A stretch of 38,085 nt of DNA. Source: an uncultured Elusimicrobia bacterium. GTDB lineage: Bacteria > Elusimicrobiota > Elusimicrobia > UBA1565. Of the stretch, positions 33,204 through 38,085 are shown one piece after another. The position numbers and the translations under genes are program-made. Numbering within the stretch: position 1 is the first letter of the stretch; each line of letters opens with the position of its first letter. Under the pieces are notes generated by a model. It had not been told where the DNA came from and did no database searches. It saw nothing but the letters and a program-made list of their open reading frames with translations. The stretch covers positions 1-38,085 of the forward strand of contig CAYWAR010000001.1 in NCBI GenBank assembly GCA_964455765.1, written 5' to 3'.

Positions 33204-33533
33204 ATGAGCGAAAACGCCTCGAAACTGCACCTCCTCACCATCGTAGTACAGCGCAAGCTGGGCGACGCGGTGCTCGACGCCGCCCTGGCGGCCGGCGCCA
33301 CGGGCGCCACCTTCTTCTACGCTCAAGGCACCGGGGTCCGGCAGAAGCTGGGTTTCTTGGGGGCCTTCATCGAGTCCGAGAAGCAGGTGGTCTTCGTGGT
33401 CACCGACCCCGCCCGGGCGGACGCGGTGCTCGACGCGGTCACCGAGGCTGGACGCCTCAAGGAGCCCGGGATGGGGTTCGCCTACGTGCAGGAGGTCGCC
33501 AAGGCAGTGGGCTTCGTCCCGGAAAAATCCTGA
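33204..33533 (+). CDS. P-II (GlnB-superfamily)-like small signalling protein
   Basis: 109 aa from ATG 33204 (MSENASKLHLLTIVV...). It shows a beta-alpha-beta pattern with GATGATFFYAQGTG, a short T-loop-like segment and KEPGMGFAYV in the position of the B-loop. The 33147 start in the track would overlap asnB. Confidence 0.65.
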   Translation: MSENASKLHLLTIVVQRKLGDAVLDAALAAGATGATFFYAQGTGVRQKLGFLGAFIESEKQVVFVVTDPARADAVLDAVTEAGRLKEPGMGFAYVQEVAKAVGFVPEKS

Positions 33534-34327
33534 TGGGGTTTTGGCGCGTGCTTCTGCTGGCCGGCTTGGCCGCGGCCGCGGCCTTGGGTCCCCGACGGCT
33601 GGCGTCCTTGGCGCCGGTGCGCTCCCTCCCCGCTCCGGCCGCGCTCTCCCAGTTGGCGGAACTCGTGAAGAAGGCGCAGGAAGCCGGAGTGAGCACGGCC
33701 CCGGATGGGACGCCGCAGGCGGTGCCCGCGGACTTAAAGCGCATGATCGAGGAGGCCGCGGCGCATCCGGAGTCCTACAGCGAAGATGAGAAGCAGATGC
33801 TCGCCGAGCTCAAGGATGTCGCCGACTCCAAGGCCATGCGCGCTCCGGTCATCGAGGAGCTGATGAAGACCCAGCGCGCGCGGGCCGGACAGCTCGGGGG
33901 CTGGGCCGCTTCCTTGAAGGCGGGGCATTCGAAAGCGGCCGGGCGCTACGCGTCCTGGCGGCCGCGGCTCATGCCCCTGCTCTGGGCTCTGCCGGGGACG
34001 CCCCTGGCCCTGGCCGTGCTGGGGATATTCCTATCGAGCTTCTCGTTGACGCGCACGGCGGCGGGGATGGCGTATGGGATCTCCAGGCTCTGGCTTTGGG
34101 TGCTCGCCTGGGGGAGTCTCGGCCTGGCGGCCGCGGTCCGCGTCAACGCATGGGGAGATATTCCCATGGAGTTGGTCGCGCCGCCGGTCGTCGGCCTTCT
34201 GGCCGCCTCCTTCCTCCTCAAACTCATCGACATGAATCATCCCGTCTGGAACTCGGCGGTCAAGGGTCTGCTCTCGCCCTTGGGCTCCGTCGCCTTCACG
34301 CTCGCCCTTCAGACCTTGCGTCAGTAG
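33533..34327 (+). CDS. Hypothetical membrane protein (signal/anchor, helical extracytoplasmic region, ~4 C-terminal TM helices)
   Basis: 264 aa with high GC3. The ATG shares 1 nt with the P-II-like stop (TGATG). I recognised no family. Confidence 0.6.
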   Translation: MGFWRVLLLAGLAAAAALGPRRLASLAPVRSLPAPAALSQLAELVKKAQEAGVSTAPDGTPQAVPADLKRMIEEAAAHPESYSEDEKQMLAELKDVADSKAMRAPVIEELMKTQRARAGQLGGWAASLKAGHSKAAGRYASWRPRLMPLLWALPGTPLALAVLGIFLSSFSLTRTAAGMAYGISRLWLWVLAWGSLGLAAAVRVNAWGDIPMELVAPPVVGLLAASFLLKLIDMNHPVWNSAVKGLLSPLGSVAFTLALQTLRQ

Positions 34328-35466
34328 AGCTTCAGACAGCGCTCGGCGGTGGAGACGATCGAGTAGCGGGCCTCGGCGGCCTCTCGGGCGCTTTTGCCCA
34401 GCGCCGCGGCGAGCCCGGGATTGAGCAGCAGCTTTCCCAGCCGCCGCGCCTCATCCTCCGGGTCTTGGGGATCGAAGAGCAGTCCGGAGAGGCCGTCTTC
34501 GACGGCCTCGCGATTCCCCCCTACCCGGCCGGCGAACACGGCCAGGCCGCAGGCCATGGCTTCCAAGAGGGCGTTGGAGAGCCCCTCGGAGATCGAGGGC
34601 AGGACGAAGACGTCCGCGGCGAGGTAGAGTTCGCGGATGTCGTGGCGCGGGGGAAGGAACAGGACTTTCCCCGAGAGACCCAGGCGAGCGGCCTCCGCCC
34701 GCAGAAGGCGCTCCTCGGGGCCCGCGCCCGCCACGGCGAAGAACGCGTCGGCGGGGGACTTCTTGAGCGCCGAGGCGAAGGACTTCATGAAACCGTCCAA
34801 GCGCTTCTCCGCGGCCAGGCGGCCGACATAAAGGAGGGCAAGCCCGGACGGCCAGCCCAGCGCCTTGCGCAGAGCGGCCTTCTCCGCCGGCTTGGCCGGG
34901 CGATAATGTCCGAGGTCGACTCCGTTGGGCACGACCAGGGCTCCCGAACCCAGGCCGTGCTCGGAGAGTTCCTCGAAGAGGTCGCGCGCTACGCAGATGA
35001 ACTGCGGCTTGAGCAGCTTGAGGAGCAGCAGCTTGAAGCGGCCGGCGAGCGTCCTGGAGGAGACCGCGATCTCGCCGATGCCCCGGCCCCCGCCGATCTT
35101 GACCACCACGCTCTTGCCCAGGAGGCGGCCGGCCAGGGCCGCGCCCACGGCCGCGGAACCTCCCAGATGGACGTGGACCGCGTCGTAGGACCGCGCGGTG
35201 AAGAGGAGATAGAGGAAGCTTCCGAGCAGGAAGGAGATCGAGTCCAGGAGAGTCGTCCAATCGAGCACCGGGAGCCTGCGCACCGGCACCCCGGAGACCG
35301 TCTCCCGGGAGGGAAGCTCGTCGCGGCCGCGCGTGAGCACGAGCACGCCGCAGCCCAGGGCGACCAGGGCCTTGGAGAGCTCCAAGGCCTGCTTCTCCGC
35401 CCCGCCGATGTGCGGGTGGAAATTCGGGGTGAGCATCACGACGCGCTTGGAAGCGTGGCTCGGCAT
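34321..35466 (-). CDS. GT4-family (GT-B fold) glycosyltransferase
   Basis: 381 aa. The N-terminus is FHPHIGGAEKQA. The C-terminal block is LPSISEGLSNALLEAMACGLAV (E-x7-E type). Confidence 0.9.
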   Translation of the reverse strand: MPSHASKRVVMLTPNFHPHIGGAEKQALELSKALVALGCGVLVLTRGRDELPSRETVSGVPVRRLPVLDWTTLLDSISFLLGSFLYLLFTARSYDAVHVHLGGSAAVGAALAGRLLGKSVVVKIGGGRGIGEIAVSSRTLAGRFKLLLLKLLKPQFICVARDLFEELSEHGLGSGALVVPNGVDLGHYRPAKPAEKAALRKALGWPSGLALLYVGRLAAEKRLDGFMKSFASALKKSPADAFFAVAGAGPEERLLRAEAARLGLSGKVLFLPPRHDIRELYLAADVFVLPSISEGLSNALLEAMACGLAVFAGRVGGNREAVEDGLSGLLFDPQDPEDEARRLGKLLLNPGLAAALGKSAREAAEARYSIVSTAERCLKLY

Positions 35467-35471
35467 GAAAA

Positions 35472-35490
35472 CCCATCATATGATGATGGG
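35472..35490. repeat. Perfect 8-bp inverted repeat with 3-nt spacer (CCCATCAT-atg-ATGATGGG) between two genes
   Basis: Read directly. On the minus-strand mRNA it forms CCCAUCAU-CAU-AUGAUGGG followed by UUUUC and the GT4 AUG. Confidence 0.6.
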
Positions 35491-35499
35491 CTCTCGGGG

Positions 35500-37806
35500 T
35501 CAAGGCGAGTTGGGAAGCCGCGACAGGCCTTTGAGGACATCCTGGGCCACCGCATGCGCGGGGGAGAGGCGCAGCGCCTCGGAAACCGCCCTCCGAGCCT
35601 CCGGGTAGCGATGCTTGAGGATGAGCATCCTCGCCAGAAGCGTGTACGCGTCGGCGCCGCGGCCGGCTTCGGCGACGCCCTCCAGAAGGCGGATGGCGTC
35701 CGTGTAGCGGTGGATCTTCGAATAGGCCACCGCGGCCTCCACGCGCCGATCCAAGGAGGGCTGCATTTCCGCGGATTTAAGCAAGGCGATGGCCGCCCGC
35801 TCATAGGAGCTTCTCTTGAAGCAGCGCACGCCCAGCTCGCGCCAGTATCGAGGGCCATCCGGGGCCGCGGACCCGGACGGTTCCCCTGAGCGCGCGGCTG
35901 CGGCCCCTTCTCCCGCGCAGCGTTTGAGCATCCAAGCCGCGGCGGGAAGGTCTTCCCGGAGATACCAATCATACCAGCGCAGGGCTTCCTTCACGCGGCC
36001 GCGCGAGAGCAGGGTCTCGGCGTAATAGTAGGGGGCGTGGACATTCCCCGTGTCATGCGACACTACCCATTCGAACTCGGCTCCCGCCTTCTCGTCTAGG
36101 AACCCGAGGAAGTAGGCGTACCCCAGTTGGTGCCGTATCCTCGGATCGCCCGGCTCGAGCGCTTTCGCTTGCTCCAGCAGGGCCGCCCCCTCTTTCAAGG
36201 AACCCCGCTTGAGGGCGTCGGCTCCCAGCAAAGCGAGGGCCTCGGCCCTCGCCGTCTTCGCGGAAGTCCGATCCTGGAGCGCCGAGCGGCAGGCGGAAAG
36301 GGTTTCCTCGTCCAGGGAGGTCTCCCAGACGGATAGGCGCCCCGATCGGAAGGCTCGGCGCAGGCTCCCAAGAAGGATCGGGCCGGCCTGGGAGCGCGCG
36401 AGCGCGGCCCGGGCCCGGCCTTCATCCTCGGCGAGCACGAAGGTCCGGCGGCGGATGAGGTAGGGCGGATCGGCGTTTTCTTGAAGGTAGTAATCCGGTT
36501 CCAAGTCCGAGGCGCGCGCGTAGTAGTCCCAAGCCACCGCATCCAGGGGGCGGTCGCCGAGTTCCGCCGCGAGGATGGAGAAGTCGTCCTCCCGAGCGGC
36601 GGCGGAAACGATCCAATCCAGCAGGTCTCGCGGCCGCACGCCGCGGTTGCACGAGAGGAATGTCCGTATCTCTCCGGCCGATGCCGCCAGGATGAGAGCG
36701 AGCGCCAGGGAAAGCGCCGGTCTGGGCCGGGAGCGGAGCGCCGCCATGCCCCGGCAAGCCGCGGTGAACGCCGCGTAGGCGCCCAATCCCGCGGCCATGG
36801 ACCAGAACGGGAGAGAAGGGATATAGACCCGCGAGGGAGGAACGGTTCCCTGGAGCGTCGCCAAGAAAGGAGGCAGAAGCGTCTGGAGTCCGATGAGAGC
36901 CGCCGCGGGCCGCAAGCGCGGGTGCAATAGGGCGAAGCAGAAGCCGAGCGAGGCCAGGGCCAGGAAGAACACGCGGAAGGCGCCGCCGTGGCCGGCGACC
37001 GCCGCGGCCTGGCTCCAGCGCTCCGGCGACGCCGCTAAAGAGGCGAGGAGGGATAGGCGCGGGCCCCCCGCCTGGAGCACCTGGGAGAGTATGGGACGGT
37101 AGAAAAGGAAGGATACGAGCAGGCAGGAGCCGAAGGCGAGCCCCGCATGGAGGAAGACGCGGCGTCTTGGCCCAGGCAACGGCGCAAGCAGGGGCAGGCA
37201 AAAAGCCCAGATGCCGAGTCCGGCCGCGAAATAGGCGCTGGTGGGCAGGGTCATGAGGGCCAGGCACAGGGCGATGGACGTCGCCGCGAGCCGGAGCGGG
37301 CGGGCTTGATAGAGCGCCGCGGCCGTGGACCAGCAAGCCGATAGGAGCAGGAAGAGCGAGAGATCATAGCCGCGGAGCATGTGGCTGTAGAGCAGGTGCC
37401 AGAACGACAACGAGAAGAACGCCGCGGAAAACAGGATCGCGGGCGGCGGCAGGAGCAGCGTCCGGGCCAGGAGGCAGGCGAGCGGCAGGGAGGCGGCGGC
37501 GGCCAGGATGCCCGGGAGCTGCAGCGGCCGGTGGTCGGAGAGCGTCAGGATGATCTTCTTAGGGCTCGCCCGATCCACCCAATGAAGCAGGGCCGAGAGC
37601 AGGATGTGGTTGTTGGGAACGTCGTAGCGGCCAAGGATGACGGAGATCGGCCGCCGCGCGTACTCGCGCAGCATGTAGCCCTCGTCGTTGGTCAAGGGGG
37701 CTCCCATATGCGCTAAGCGCAGGGCCGCGCCCAGGAGCAATACGAGGACGGCCAGCGTCCCGCAGAAACGGACGACGGAGCGGTCTTCGGATTCCGGGGG
37801 CTTCAC
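35500..37806 (-). CDS. GT-C fold (PMT/ArnT-like) membrane glycosyltransferase with C-terminal TPR repeats (TMTC-like architecture)
   Basis: ~768 aa from GTG 37806, which overlaps the upstream stop (GTGA). TM1 is followed by the acidic loop LTNDEGYMLREY and ~10 further TM helices. The last ~250 aa (nt ~35500-36264) are TPR-like helical repeats (ALLEQAKALEPGDPRIRHQLGYAYF, YYYAETLLSRGRVKEALRWY, AYTLLARMLILKHRYPEARRAV). The track start 38001 overlaps the upstream ORF. Confidence 0.75.
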   Translation of the reverse strand: MKPPESEDRSVVRFCGTLAVLVLLLGAALRLAHMGAPLTNDEGYMLREYARRPISVILGRYDVPNNHILLSALLHWVDRASPKKIILTLSDHRPLQLPGILAAAASLPLACLLARTLLLPPPAILFSAAFFSLSFWHLLYSHMLRGYDLSLFLLLSACWSTAAALYQARPLRLAATSIALCLALMTLPTSAYFAAGLGIWAFCLPLLAPLPGPRRRVFLHAGLAFGSCLLVSFLFYRPILSQVLQAGGPRLSLLASLAASPERWSQAAAVAGHGGAFRVFFLALASLGFCFALLHPRLRPAAALIGLQTLLPPFLATLQGTVPPSRVYIPSLPFWSMAAGLGAYAAFTAACRGMAALRSRPRPALSLALALILAASAGEIRTFLSCNRGVRPRDLLDWIVSAAAREDDFSILAAELGDRPLDAVAWDYYARASDLEPDYYLQENADPPYLIRRRTFVLAEDEGRARAALARSQAGPILLGSLRRAFRSGRLSVWETSLDEETLSACRSALQDRTSAKTARAEALALLGADALKRGSLKEGAALLEQAKALEPGDPRIRHQLGYAYFLGFLDEKAGAEFEWVVSHDTGNVHAPYYYAETLLSRGRVKEALRWYDWYLREDLPAAAWMLKRCAGEGAAAARSGEPSGSAAPDGPRYWRELGVRCFKRSSYERAAIALLKSAEMQPSLDRRVEAAVAYSKIHRYTDAIRLLEGVAEAGRGADAYTLLARMLILKHRYPEARRAVSEALRLSPAHAVAQDVLKGLSRLPNSP

Positions 37807-38085
37807 TTCAGAGCCAGGTCCGCGTGGGATCCGAATCCCGTCTTGCGCAACTTCTCCTCCAAGCGGCGCGCCTGGGCCGCGTCCTTGGGCCACATCAAGA
37901 TGAGAGCCTGGTGCTCTTCCAGAGGATCCGGCAGTCTTGCCACGCGGACCGGGCGATATGATGCGACCAGGGACTCGGCCTGAGCCTTCGTAAAGCGGCA
38001 TCTCTTCGCGAGGAATCCCATGGATTCCTGCCCGAAAGTCTCGGACAGGACGTAGAGCGGGACTCCAGCCGACCGGTACTGCTCA
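37803..38085 (-). CDS. 3' end of an unidentified CDS running off the window edge
   Basis: The frame is open from the window edge (EQYRSAGVPLYVLSETFGQES-MGFLAKR...LALK*). The track lists only the part from Met 38021. Its stop is coupled to the next gene. I could not assign a family. Confidence 0.5.
   Translation of the reverse strand, partial: EQYRSAGVPLYVLSETFGQESMGFLAKRCRFTKAQAESLVASYRPVRVARLPDPLEEHQALILMWPKDAAQARRLEEKLRKTGFGSHADLALK

Noticed and set aside
31067-33326. 701-aa plus-strand ORF and 688-aa alternative-frame minus-strand ORF overlapping asnB
   Set aside because: The asnB frame has the MCGICG N-terminus and the SGGVDSS PP-loop. The other two translate to Arg/Gly/Pro/Glu-rich sequence without motifs. 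In DNA this G+C-rich, stop-free antisense frames are expected.
34096-35889. 597-aa plus-strand ORF and 350-aa minus-strand alternative-frame ORF (34451..35503) over the GT4 gene
   Set aside because: These are shadow ORFs. The GT4 frame carries the diagnostic GT-B motifs.
1-38085. Search for CRISPR arrays, rRNA/tRNA genes, transposases, integrases, phage genes and long direct repeats
   Set aside because: I found no spaced direct repeats, no RNA-gene signatures and no translated motif typical of transposase, integrase or phage proteins. Short or diverged repeats cannot be excluded without a computational self-alignment.

Overview
This is a high-G+C bacterial chromosomal fragment (judged by eye at roughly the high 60s %). 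It carries about 36 protein-coding genes in about 12 transcription units. I found no rRNA, tRNA, CRISPR array, transposase or integrase. The left edge holds a peptidoglycan-recycling style pair: an AmgK-like kinase that unexpectedly carries a RapZ C-terminal domain, followed by MurU. An RlmI-like rRNA methyltransferase comes next. From about 8.3 kb to 38 kb the window is one very large envelope-glycan or glycoconjugate supercluster. It contains six GT2 enzymes (several Dpm1/GtrB/ArnC-like), five polytopic GT-C-like membrane transferases (one with a C-terminal TPR array), one GT4 and a Wzx-type flippase. It also contains three SAM methyltransferases, two SDR epimerase/dehydratases, WecB and an AsnB-type amidotransferase. 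Several unexpected genes sit inside or next to this cluster. An exported TldD/PmbA-like pair, a fatty-acid-hydroxylase-family protein and a DUF5674 module close a nine-gene overlapping operon. There is also tpx, and an orphan PduS/PduT pair (a BMC-T shell protein) with no other microcompartment genes in view. A lower-G+C AAA+/DUF4143 ATPase and a P-II-like protein coupled to an unknown membrane protein complete the list. Two non-coding signals recur. Sigma70-type -10 hexamers lie 6-11 nt upstream of the first start codon of nearly every operon, which suggests leaderless or near-leaderless mRNAs. Internal genes are joined by 1-4 nt start/stop overlaps. Most long opposite-strand or alternative-frame ORFs in the track are high-G+C shadow ORFs. 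All family assignments come from motif recognition by eye, not from database searches.
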